From assembly GCA_964016885.1 (NCBI GenBank), contig OZ024740.1, positions 246,698,001 through 246,762,000 of the forward strand: DNA of 64,000 bases, given 5' to 3'. The DNA is from Eledone cirrhosa. Lineage: Eukaryota. Every line of letters begins with the position of its first letter. Within the stretch, counting starts at the first letter, position 1. The translations under genes and the position numbers were made by a program. The notes under the pieces were generated by a model that saw nothing but the letters and a program-made list of their open reading frames with translations, made no database searches and had not been told where the DNA came from. Positions 27,637 to 40,231 of this stretch are shown here, piece after piece.

Positions 27637-28692
27637 GGTTTCCTTCTATTGTCCCTTGTACACTTTGTCTATCTTTATGACTTCCTGTCATTTCTCTACT
27701 ACTGTAACGTATAACACAACTACTGTATCGTTTTCTTTGATACATGCATTCACGCTAGCTCGAAGTAGCTAGTAAGACAATTAATATACTGATAATTACT
27801 GTCACGATTTTATTAATCAATCTTCGATGTACCAACAAGTGAATTTTACTATTACAAAATAAACGTTGTCAACAACATCACAATTATTCATCATTCTTTT
27901 TATCATCTATCCTGCGAAGAATACATCTCAATAGTTACATGGACGTGACCCTATCGTTACACATCGCAACAAAAATCTTTTACAAATGGAGGTAACCCCG
28001 ACCCCGCCGCTTCCACTGAACAGAACATAAAAAAATGCCACCAACACTACTAACACTACAACAAACACTATCGCCAGCAACAACAACAGCACAAACAAAA
28101 TACGAAACCGAATAATAATTGTTCTACTTTTGACAGGAGGCCATCAATTATACACTACAGGTACTTTATTTTATCGACCCCGTAAGGTCGAAACCGAATA
28201 ATAATAAGTATAATACGGTGTATGTGTATGTGTGAAGGCGGTGAGTTTATGTTGAATCTTTGTTCTTATTTCGTTCACAAATTTTATTCCATCGTGTGGG
28301 TGGGGTGATTGCCTAGATGGCCGGAAATAATTTCTCTCAGAGAGATCGAGATCGGGCAAAGAACTTTTTCAAATATACAAAGTCATAATTTCTAATAAGC
28401 TGCAGGATTTCTTAAAATGGTGAAGAGAAAGAACAACTTAACTGTACTATAAATAGTATCATCCCTCTCCCGTTTTCTGTTAACATAAGAAAAGACGACA
28501 TAATGTTGCTGACCTTGAACCGGTTGTAAAAATCAACTAACACTATGTACATCAAAATTACTGAGAAGGAGAGGGAAGGTGGCAAAGACAAAAACAACAA
28601 AATCAGCAGCAACACTAGAGGAAGTTAGCTTCAATTTGCCAATCCTTTTTAAGGGTAAAAGATGAATAAATAAATAAATAAATAATAATAAT

Positions 28693-28817
28693 AGTTTTTG
28701 ATTTAGGCACACGGCCAACAATCTTTGGGGGATAAGAAAGTCGATTAAATCGACTCCAGTACATTACTAGTGCTTTATGTTATCAACCCAGAACATAAAA
28801 GGCCGTAACTCTATGCC
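28693..28817 (-). mobile_element. 5'-truncated SINE, main family, between AAT tracts
   Basis: ctggagtcgatttaatcgac...ggccgtgtgcctaaatcaaaaactattatt on the minus strand. Confidence 0.65.
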
Positions 28818-28873
<56 letters not shown>

Positions 28874-28875
<2 letters not shown>

Positions 28876-30577
28876 TTTCTTTATTGGCCACAAGGGCTGA
28901 CATCAAGAAAAACCTTACAGACGGCACAGGACGGTACAGAACGGAACGATATGGGTTTTGTGCGCGTAAATATTTTTATTATTTATATAAGAAAAGAAAA
29001 AAAAAGGACATAAAACATATATATATAAACAATAAAAATGAAAATTGAAACAATGAAAAATTCCCCAATAGAGGGGGGGGGGGACCTCCGAGGGTTACTC
29101 GTGGCGAAAACCACACAAAAGACCACGGCCACTCTGACCACCAAGGCAAGCGCCCTCTCTCAATTTTTCCATCTCTCAAACTACAGACGTATATTCAAAG
29201 TGGTCCCGTTCACTCGGACCATTCTCGCTACATTCACCCACCTTTCAACAAACTTGCTAGAAAGCAGCACTTGCCTCTCCACCCTCATTTTCCTCTTCAA
29301 GTGAAACTTGAAAAAGTTAATTAGGGATTCGCCGAAGAGGAAAGTGTTTGTCTTTAACCCTTTTAACCTTGTCCACCACACAATCTCTTTCGCCATGGGC
29401 ACCAGGCAGATGAAAACCACCTGCCCTTCCTCCTCGAGGGAAGACGGCGAGACCATCTGCACAATGGACTCAGTCGACAACCTGATCAGTCCCACACGCG
29501 ACAGCAACTGTTCGACATAGCTCCACAAGTCAGCAATGCTCGGGCACTGAACGAGTGCGTGCACAACGGTTTCGTCGCTATGCGTGCATCTCGGACAGGC
29601 TCGGCTGACGGCACTTCCGAGCCTGTAGAGCTTATCTCCAACCGGCAGCGCTCCCCAGTAGCACTGTCAGGCCAGGGATTTTTGGAAGTTATCCATAGGC
29701 CCCGGGCTGAAAGTTCTCCGGAAGAGAGCAAACAGCTGATCTTCTTCGACGCCCAGGATCTCTCCGAGAATGTCGTCGCTCTTCCCCTCCACTAGTCCTC
29801 TATAGAACGCCGAGGTGGATGTTCCACCGATACTGGTGCCAAACTGGGAGAGGGCAGTGAGCGCCTGGAGACATTCCAGTTTCCAAGCGCTATTCCTCGG
29901 TCTTTTTCTGACCCAGGACTGCAGCTCCGTCAAGGAGACGAGCTGTGGGAAAACGTGCCTGGCGAACGGCGACCACACCCGTTCACCATCAAGGAAGCAC
30001 CAGAGATGTCGCAGCCTCAGCGCATATTTGCGCATCATCAGCCATGGCATGCCCAGTCCTCCACGCAGCGGGTGTTGACAGCAGATAGATCGGCTGACCA
30101 TGGGAGGGCGTTCCTTCCACAAAAAGCGGAAGAGGAGGCGCTCCATTTTGGTGAGAGTTGGGCTGGAGCAAGCGACGACGGTGAGGCGATAGCAGATGAC
30201 GGATGCGATGTACGCATTCGCCACCTCCGCCCGGCCTTTCAGGGACAGCTTCCTCTCAGCCCATTTCTGGGTGAGGGAGGCCACCCTGCTCGACACCTCG
30301 TTCCAGTTTTTCTCCATCTGGAGGTCCGGTCCGAACCAGACCCCGAGCAATTTAACCGGTCCGTCCGTCCAATGCCCCACGACGCTGTCGGACGGCACGG
30401 ACTTACCTCTCCAGGTGCCGAACTGCAAGCCCACCGACTTTTCCTGGTTTATCTTTGCTCCTGTCACCTCCTCGTATTCCTTGAGAGCGGTGCCGAGCAT
30501 CTGGACGTGTCTGGTGCACGACACCACCACGGAGACGTCGTCAGCGTAAGCCGACTCGGATTTCCCGCATCCTAGTT
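28874..30577 (-). mobile_element. 5'-truncated Tx1-like LINE (from YADD to the 3' end)
   Basis: SAYADD, INQEKS, KLLGVWF, LSLKGRAEVANAYIAS, GGLGMP and a zf-RVT-like C-terminus; 3' end aataaagaaatc followed by (ATT)n. Confidence 0.9.
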
Positions 30578-30586
30578 AATAATAAT

Positions 30587-30770
30587 TGTTTCTACATTTG
30601 GCACAAGGCCAGCAAATACCCAGTGCATTACTGGTACTTTATTTTATCGACCCCGTAAGGATGAAAGGAAAAGTTAACCTCGGCGGGATTTGAACTCAGA
30701 ATGGAAAGGGCTGTAACTCTATGCGTCAAAGCATGGCGTCCGACCCTCTATCGATACTGCCATTCCACCT
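30587..30770 (-). mobile_element. SINE, main family, between two Tx1-like LINEs
   Basis: Full SINE body with short (AAT)n on both sides. Confidence 0.85.
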
Positions 30771-30779
30771 AATAATAAT

Positions 30780-33700
30780 GCTTTCTTTATTAACCACAAG
30801 TGTTTACATAAAGTAGACATTAAGGACAGTACAGGACAATACAGGACGGTACAAAAGGGCATTTCTGCGTGTAAAAAAACAAAAAAAACAGAGGATATAA
30901 TAATAGAACAATGAAAAAATTCCCCAATAGGGGGGAGACTTCCGAGGGACATTCGTGAAGAAAGCCCATTAAAAAGCCACAGTGAACCTGACCACCAGGG
31001 CAAGTGCCCTCTCCCAGTTTTCAACCTTTAATTTACAGACACATACTCAGAGTAGGCCATTCACTAGGGCCATTCTTGCCTCTCTCACCCATCTTTCAAC
31101 AAAATGCTGGGAAGAGAGCACTTCCCTCTCTACCCTGATTTTCCTTTTCAAATGAAATTTGAAAAAGTTAATCAGGGCATCACCGAAGAGGTAAGTGCTC
31201 GTCTTCAGCCCTTTCAAACGTGTCCACCATACTATCTCTTTCGCCATGGCCACCAGACAGATAAAAACTGCCTGCCCTTCCCGGATAAAGGAAGAGGGAG
31301 GGGCAATCCTCACGATGGACTCAGCTGATAGCTGGATCCGTCCTACACGCGACAGCAGGTGTTCGACATAAACCCACAAGTCAGCAATGCTCGGGCACTG
31401 GACGTGTGCGTGCAGGAGGGTTTTGTCGCCCTGCGCGCATCTCAGACATGCCCGGCTGACGGCACCTCCATGCCTGTAGAGTTTATCCCGAACTGGCAAA
31501 GCTCCTCGGTAGCACTGCCAGGCCAGAGATTTCTGGAAGTTGTCCATAGGCCCCGGCCCGAAAGTTCTTCCGAAGAGATTGGCTAGTTGATTTTCGTCAA
31601 CGCCTAGAGTTTCCCCAAGTACGTCGTCGCTCTTCCCCTCCACTAATCCTCTATAGAACGCCAATGTGGAGTTTCCACCGATCACATTGCCCGATTGGTC
31701 GAGGGCTGTGAGCGCCTGAAGACATTCCAGTCTCCAAGCGCTCCCTCTCGGTCTTCGCTTGACCCAGGACTGCAGCTCCGTCAAGGAGACGAGCTGAGGA
31801 AAGACGCGTCTAGCAAACGGCGACCACACCTGAGCACCGTTGAGGAAGAGGTGGAGATGTCGTAGCCTGAGCGCGTGTCTGCGCATTATCAGCCACGGCA
31901 TGCCCAGCCCTCCACGTAGCGGGTGTTGACAGCAGATGGACCGCCTGACCATCGGAGCGCGTCGCTTCCACAAAAAGCTAAAGAGCTAACGCTCCAGCGC
32001 AGTCAGGCGGGGCTTAGGACAAGGTACGACGGTCAGGCGGTAGTAGATGACGGATGCGATGTACGCATTCGCCACCTCAGCTCGACCTTTCAGGGATAGC
32101 TTCCTCTCCGCCCATTTCTGGGCGGAGCGGAAGCCACCCTGCTTGTCACCTCGTCCCAGTTTTTGTCCGTCTGGAGGTCCGGACCGAACCAGACCCCTAG
32201 CAATTTAACTGGTCCGTCCGTCCAGCGCCCGACGACTCTGTTGGACCTGCCTCTCCAGGTGCCGAGCTGCAGGCCCACTGACTTTTCCTGGTTGATCATT
32301 GCTCCTGTCACCGCTTCGTATTCTCTTAGTGTAGTGCCGATCGCCTCGATATGTTTGGCGTTCGACACCACTACGGTGACATCGTCCGCATATGCTGACA
32401 CGGATCTTCCGCATCCTAGTTCGCTCGTGACCCCCTCAACGTCTCCAGTTTGTGCAGTAATGGCTCAATACGTACAAGAGGGACGAGAGGGGACATCCTT
32501 GGCGGACCGAGCGCATAATGTTGAACGGTTCCGAAAGGTGACCGTTCACTCTCACCACAGAGCAGATGTCGCTGTGCATGGCAGCGATCCAGCCTCCGAA
32601 GACGGGCCCAAATCCAGCTGCCCTCAGGACTGCCGCTAGGTAACGATGGTCGACCCTATCGAAAGCTTTCGACTGATCTAAATTGATCAAGCACCCACCC
32701 GTTCCAGGTTCCCTAGCTACCCTCTCTACTATGTATCGCATGAGGTGGAGGTTGTCGTGGATGGATCTGTCGGGAATGATGCATGTCTGCGCCTCTCCCT
32801 CCAGACCACCAACGACAAGCGCCAACCTCTTTGCTAGCACCTTGGCCAAAATATTGAACTCTGTGTTTAGCAGTTATGGGCCTAAAATTATCTATGTTAT
32901 CCCCCTGGTTCGGATTCTTTCTCAGCAGCGCCACAGCTCCTCGGCTCACAGAGCTGCGAATTCTCCCTTTCTCTTGCCAGTTACAGTAGACGTCCGCCAA
33001 GAGGCCTCCGAACAAGTCTGGCATCTGTACGTAAAGTTCATAGGGCAGACCATCCAAACCAGGCGATTTACCCCTTGTGCAGCCAGTCATTGCCTCCCGT
33101 ACTTCAGCGGCTGTTATCGGCTTTTTGCAACACTCCGCCTAAGTGGCCGAGAGCCGCGGCAGTCCGTCGAGGTAGACACTAAAGTCCATCCCTCGATCGG
33201 TCCGCCGCTGCCCCCGAACAGCTGTGCGAAGTGTCGCTGAAAAGCTTCACACATTTGCCCGGGATCGAGTAGCATGCGCCCGTCGTGGTCCACCAAAGAC
33301 CGGATCGTGGATTTGTTGCCACGACGCGCCTCCGCCACTCGGGCCCATTGAACGGCTTTCGTCCCCTCATGTCTGAGAGCACGCACCCTAGCTCTGACAA
33401 CGCAGCCTTCGTGCTTTGCATTGAAGAATTGGTCAAGGGCCAATTTCGCCGCAAGTACGTCGATCGCGATGTCTTTGCTAAGCGCCACGTCTAATTTTCT
33501 AACTAGTTCTTCCTCTGCTCTATTTTTCTCTATTGCTAAAGCCTTACTAAACCTAATGGACTCTATTCTAATCGCTCTTTTCAGAGCAAACCACCACTTG
33601 TTGACAATGGCCCCCGTCAACGCCCGCTTAACTAGTTCGCTAATCCGGTCTCTGTAGGCCTTGCGCGCTGGTAAGGACGCGTTTAGCTTCCAGTAGCCAG

Positions 33701-36638
33701 CTCCTCGTCTATGAAGCCTGTCTAAGTCAAGCACACAGGTCACGAATTTGTGGTCCGTGTAGCTGACTATCTTGAATTGTGGACAGCCTATGCTAGACCT
33801 ATCTATTTACCTACAAAATACTCTATCTAGATATGATCTGGATGACCCTATGCGATTTGTCCACATTGGCACATTCGGGAAATCCAATCGGTAACTGTCA
33901 GACAGTTCAAAACTCCTGAGCAGGTTGGTGAGGCTCTTGTACCCTCCTCCCCTATCCGCTAATCCCACACAGTCCCAGCGTGCATCTAAGATCCCGTTCC
34001 AGTCGCCCACTAACACTAAAAAGAGGGACGTTCCAAGAAAGGTCTCCAGACGCCGGAAGAAATCGGGCCGCCCTGCTCCTGTCGGGGCAAAGACGGCTAC
34101 TAGCCTGAAAGCTTGCCCATCTCCGCTGGTCACGTCCAGCACCACCAACTTACCCTCTGGGTCCAGGAAGATGGCCCGTTTGGCGAGATCCAAACCTCTC
34201 CAAAAAAGCACAGCAACTCCTCCCCCCGATCCAAGACGGCTGGGAGATGCGTACACATCGTAGCCGCCGAAGATCGGTGCGAAGGCCCGTGCTTCGGAAA
34301 TTCTTGTCTCGCTGATAGCCACTGCATCTATGTTCAGTGACCTGAGGTCGTTGAGCAGGTGGCCCTGCTTCTATGACGACCCCAAGCCAGGCGCATTTAT
34401 GCTGCCTATTCTGAGTGAGGTCATGTTGAAATGGAGTGGAAAAGATGGGAAAAACCACTTACCTTACTTCTCGTAGAGGAAGGATGGTTTCTCCATCCTT
34501 TTCACTGCATCTGGCCTCCTCCGGAAGGATGTCCTTATAAATCCTCCTGGAGAGTGCTTGTCGGAACTCTCCGATGTCTTTGGGGAATTTTTGTTTTAGT
34601 GTCGTGTACGTTTTCTGTGTGATGCGAGTGATTTGTATGTGTGGAGGTGGTGTGAACTTTTGGGTTGTTGTGTAGTCTTTTTCTGTGATGCTGGTGTAGT
34701 GTTGGATGTAGTGTAATAATTGGTTGTTGTTCAAATTTATTGCTGTGTAGTGTGTATCGTTTTGGTTGTTTTGTTTTGTTTGCATTTGTTGTGGGTTTGT
34801 TTCTGTTTCGCTTTTTGGTAACTTTTGCGGTGTTGGTGATGGTGGTGTTGGGGTTAATGATGGTGATGGTGTTGGTGTTGGTGGTGATGGGGTTGGTGAT
34901 GCTGGTGTGGATGGTGGCATAGCTGTCCTAACTTTTTTGTTTGATAGTTTATTTGTTTCCCTCTGTATTTTGTTTTTGGAGGGAGAAGGAAGGGGATGTT
35001 TTCTTTTTTGGTTTCTTTTTCTTTTTTTCTTTTTTTCTGATACCATTTCCCACTCCTCGTCGTCACAATGTGTCTCCAGTTGCGATAGGTCGGGGAGTGG
35101 AAAATCCTCCACAGGCGTTGGTTTTGGTTGTGGCGTGGTGGATGGTGTAGGCGCTGGTGCTAGTTCTGGCGCGTTGGGTGGTGGTGGTGTTGGTTTTGCT
35201 ACTGTTGCTGGGGTTGTTGCTGTTACAGTTGCTTCTGTTGTTGCTGCTACAGTTGTTGCTGCCATTTCTGCTGCTGGTGGTGTTGATGGTTGAGTCACTG
35301 GGGTGGGTAAGAGAGGTGGCCTCAACCTTTTAGCCTGAGGGGAGAAAGCCCTTAGGTGGGTTCCTTCACCACAAATGACACAGCTAGGCCTTCTGCCCTC
35401 GACGATTACGGTGAGGTGACTGCCGTCAGTGAGGTCTATTACCTCTGGGATCTCCTCAATGCTTTTTTGGTCCGCTTGGATCAGGAGCTCCATCCCAGAT
35501 CCGGACCAGTTCTCCTGCTTTTCTTTCGCTATTTCGATTATCTTGGTGTTGGCTTCGATGCCGGCGAGGACGGCAGCCATTAGCCAGCGAATTTCGATGG
35601 CCGGTGGAACGTTGGTCACCCTGATCTTCACGAGTCTCTGGCCACAACAGCTTGGGACGAGTGTGGAGTCGTCATTTCTTAATGGGTCCATGGATTGTTC
35701 TCTGGCCTCCTGTGGTGTTTCAAAGAACACGTTCACGGTTCCATATTTCTGCCCACGTCTGATGTGGGTTTTTTTTTGCCCACACATGTCCCAAAGCTTT
35801 TTGGATTTTGGACTCGGATGCCCGTTCCACTCGGCGCGATTTTATATTAATCGTCCGATAAGACACGATGCATAGGCGCCGATTCTCCATTTTATTAGGT
35901 GTGTGTGTGTGTGCGGGGGTGGGGGGGGGGGGGGTGACCCTGTACCCATCTTTCTTTACCATTTTTTTTGGCTTCTTCTAATTCCTCCTGAGTTACCTGG
36001 TATGCTTCGCAATGTTTCGCTACTCTGGCAAAAGACAGGGTTTTCTTATTCTCATTGTTGCTGTTGTTGTTATCGTTATTTTTGTTATTGTTAATTTTAG
36101 TTTCAGTTGTGGTGGTGGTGGCGTCAGTGGTGTTCGGTGTGGAAGAGTTCATTTTGGCTGAATTCGTTTCGATATCACGAGATAATATATTTTTTTTTTG
36201 TTTCTGTTGTTGCTGTGGTGGTGGTGGGGGTGGCGGCTTCAACACCTGCAGTCATTGGTAATGGTGGGAAATGATTGTCTGCCTGAGACAAATTAAAAAT
36301 ATTGCTACTGCTTATATTTTTAGTGTTGGCAAACGTAGTAATATTTACAATGGTGGTGTCGGTGTGAGGTGTTAGTTTGTGAGGAAGGCTCTCAGTTACT
36401 GGGTTCAGCTGTGAGTCGGCCATGATTTTTCAAAGAATTTTTTTTTGTTTGATAATTATAAAAGTTTAAATTTTGGGGTCAAGGCCCCAATCTTTTTGAG
36501 TGTCCTTTTCAGAAATCAATGTATGTGCACTTATATACAGTTAACAATAAAAATTTTCCATAAATGGCAATTTTAAACAACTGAAAATAACAAATCTTTG
36601 CGGAGCTCACGATAATACGATTTACTACGTAGGTCGCC
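30780..36638 (-). mobile_element. Apparently full-length (~5.9 kb) Tx1-clade LINE, ORF1 plus ORF2 (APE-RT-zf), disrupted
   Basis: ORF1 from 36423 with knuckle CVICGEGTHLRAF(S)P; ORF2 from about 34424 with APE motifs SINA.GL, AISET, GDWNG, SYLDRVF, TDHK and GYWKLN; RT motifs GKSPGLDGLPYE, LDQSKAFDRVDH, SVRQGCPLS, YADD; (ATT)n at both ends. Confidence 0.92.
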
Positions 36639-36663
36639 AATAATAATAATAATAATAATAATA

Positions 36664-39403
36664 GGAAGCATCCGACGCAGACAATGATCTGAATGCTGAC
36701 ATAGATAACATCTGTAACAAAGATACGGCCATTGAGGAAATGAATGCTGACGGGCTAGGACAAGATTTTGTTGATATCCTAAACTTAGTGGTAGATTAAA
36801 TGAACAATGATAGTGGAAAACCTATGAACCTAAGATTTGTAGACAGGAAAAAGTTAAAATAAACAACAGCTAAGGTAAACAAAGTCATCTCATACCTTGA
36901 GGCGAGGAACCTTCACCAATGCAACAATATCCTGAAAGCAACAGCAAATGAGGTGAGGAAATTACTTGGCATAAAAACGATAGGAAACAACAAACAAGAA
37001 AGATCAGAACCTTGGTGGAAGAAACGACTGAATGGTCAAATCAGGGAAATGAGAAATGACATTGTAAAGCTTGAGTCCTTACTGAATGGGATATTACAAA
37101 ACATAGACACTAAAAATAGATTCGAAATAGAGAACAAAACTAGGGGGAAAAAGCTAAATATTATCATAGAGGAACTGAAGTAACGCATTGTAGCAAAGAG
37201 TGCAAAGATTGGGCGGTATGAGAGCAGAGTCAGTCAGTATAGACAGAACCGCATGTTTGACAACAACCAGAAGATGTTTGGGTAGCTTTAAGGGAAAGAA
37301 AGAGGCAACAACTTGATCCCTGAGGCGGAACAGACTAAGACATTCTGGAGAGGAATATGGGAGAATGATGTTGAACATAATGATCAGGCAGTGTGGATTG
37401 AGACAGTACAAAAGGAGATTAGTGAACAAGCACACCAACAAACTGATTTAAGTATCACAGTTGAAACTCTTAAAGGGCAGGCCAGAAAACTAACCAACTG
37501 GAAATCACCAGGCGAAAATGGTGTGCAGGGGTATTGGATTAAAAATATAACATTGAAAGACCGAATCAAGGCTAATGATGTTACCAACTATAGACCTATC
37601 ACATGTCTATCCGTAATGGGGAAACTGTTAACAAGCATTGTGTCTGAGGAAATCTACCATCACCTCCACACAAACAACTTGTTACCGGACCAACAGAAAG
37701 GATGCCGAAAGAAGTCCCGTGGTACAAAATACTAGCTACTTATTGATAAGATGGTAATGAGGAATTGCAAGAGGAGACACACTGGTCTTGCCATGGGATG
37801 GATAGACTACAAAAAGGCATTCGACATGGTACCTCATTCTTGGATAACCAAAGGCCTAGAGTTCTTCAAGGTGGCAGATAACATCAGACAGTTGTTGAGC
37901 ACAATTAAGAAGTCCTGGGAAACAGAATTAACATCGGGTGGAGAATCCTTGGGAGGCATGAAGATCAAGAGAGGTATCTTCCAGGGAGATAGTTTGGGAA
38001 GAGTGAGAAGGAGTTGGATGTACTTGTTGACACTGTCCGTATTTTTAGCAGTGATATATGTATGCAATTTGGTATTAATAAGTGTGGAGTCCTTGTGATG
38101 AAGAGGGGTAAATTGAGCAGAAGCAACGGAATCCTGGTACCAACAGGTGAGATGATAAAGGAAATTGACACTGAAGAAGGATACAAATATTTAGGTGTTC
38201 TGGAGGCAGATGACATCAAGAACAAAAAAAAAGAAGGAATTGATAAGATCTGAGTACATTAGGAGAGTAAGGAGGGTATTAAAATCACATCTAAATAGTA
38301 GGAATGTCATAAGTGCAGTGAATTCAAGAGCTGTGTCTATTATTAGGTACAGTGCGGGAATTCTGAGATGGAATGTTGCTGAACAAAAAGAAATGGATAG
38401 GAAGACTAGGAAGCTATTGAGTATCTACAACATGTTCCACAAGAGGAGTGATGTCGATAGACTCTACTTAAGGAGGTCTGAAGGTGGAAGAAGTCTTATC
38501 AGCATAGAGGACTGTGTTCAGATGGAGAAAAACCACCTGCACAAATACGTGACCGACAGTAGGGAGCCAATGCTCAGAATTGTACTGAAGGAGAAGACAA
38601 TAGGCCAGGGGATGTCCAAGGAGGAAGAGCAACCTTCATGAAAAATCCCTTCATAGTACCTTCTTTGAGAAAACTGAATTTAGAGATCCACAGACATGGA
38701 ACTGGTTAAAAAGAGGAGACCTTAAAAAGGCTACAGAAGGAATGCTAATGGCTGCGCAAGAGCAGGCACTCAAAACGAAGTGGGTGAAACACCATATTTG
38801 CAAGGAGGAGGCTAGCCCACTGTGTAGGATCTGTGGAGGGAGGAGACTGTGGCTCACATTGTATCCCAGTGTAAACACCTAGCCCAGGCTCACTATAAAG
38901 GCTGGAGACATGATGTGATGTGCAGGGTGATCCACTGGCACCTATGCAAAGTAAACAATTTACCACATTCTGAGAAGTGTTATGAGCATAAGCCAGAGTT
39001 GGTGATAGAAAATGATCAGGTGAAGGTGCTATGGGATTTTAGGATACAGACGGATAAGAAACTGGAACACAATAGGCCTGACCTGGTGGTTTTGGACAAG
39101 GAAAAAAGATTGTGCCTGATTGTAGATGTAGCCTGCCCATTCGCCACGAGATTGCAAGAAAAAGAGAGGGAGAAAATTAACCGATACCAGGACTGAAAGT
39201 GGGAGGTAAAAAGGATTTGGAACTGTCATGAAGTCAGAGTCGTCCCGATTGTCATCGGCGCACTAGGTACTATCTCAAAGAGTTTCCAAGGATGGTTAAA
39301 GAAAGTTAGTCCAGCCCCGCTTTTTGGAACACTTCAAAAGGCATGCTTGCTGGGAGCAGCAAGAACCCTCCGATACGTCCTGAATATCTGAGGCTGCAGG
39401 TAG
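36664..39403 (+). mobile_element. 5'-truncated R4/Dong-like LINE, family A, copy 1
   Basis: [48 protein letters not shown]...HIVSQC, NRPDLVVLD...IVDVACP; internal deletions; starts after (AAT)n. Confidence 0.92.
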
Positions 39404-39666
39404 CGGTACCGTCAAACTGCACATTTAAACCTGGCGGAGTTCATCCCTCTTCAGGTCTGAACACAGCCATTTTTTTTTCTATATAGGAAGAATCAACCTA
39501 TAGAGGAAGAATGGACCCCAGTAATGGACTGGTACTTTTTTTTATCAACCTCGAAAGGATGAAAGGCAGAGTTGACCCCGGTGGGATTTGACTGAGAGCA
39601 ATGTGTTGGGACGAATATCGTAAAGCATTCTTCCGACATCTTAACGACTCGGCCAATTCGTCGCCT
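39404..39666 (-). mobile_element. SINE with the main-family head and an alternative 3' tail
   Basis: Head ggcgacgaattggccgagtcgttaag...ctttcatcctttcgagg; tail ggctgtgttcagacctgaagagg shared with 46730-46810. Confidence 0.7.
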
Positions 39667-39861
39667 ATCTTTATATATACATATTTACTTGTATATATAT
39701 TTGTAGATATATATATGCACAAAAATGGAATTAGGCATAATTACATCTTCAAGAAGATGCCTCACATTCATTCACTATCGATAGAGAGAAAGAGAGAGAG
39801 AGAGAAAGAGAGAGAGAGAAAGAGAGAGAGAGAGAAAGGGAGAGAGAGAGAGAGAGAAAGG

Positions 39862-39946
<85 letters not shown>

Positions 39947-40231
39947 TTTTGAGGGAAATATCAGTCAAAGAGCGTTTGAAGTAGAATGATGATAATATTC
40001 TAATTTAGAATGTTCTATTGTGTAATTTCAGAAAATTAAAACGTTTTATTTCAGCACGCTCCCATCTACTGTTCCACACCCAGTAAGACTTTCAGTTTTC
40101 TGCATATTCTTTTTTGAAGTCGTCCCTGTTTGTCCGTGTGGAAACTTGGAGCTAGGATGTTTTTGTTTATGGATTATTCTGGGATAAATCTGGATCTGTG
40201 TGAAAAACGTTAAAACTCCACACAGCACAGC

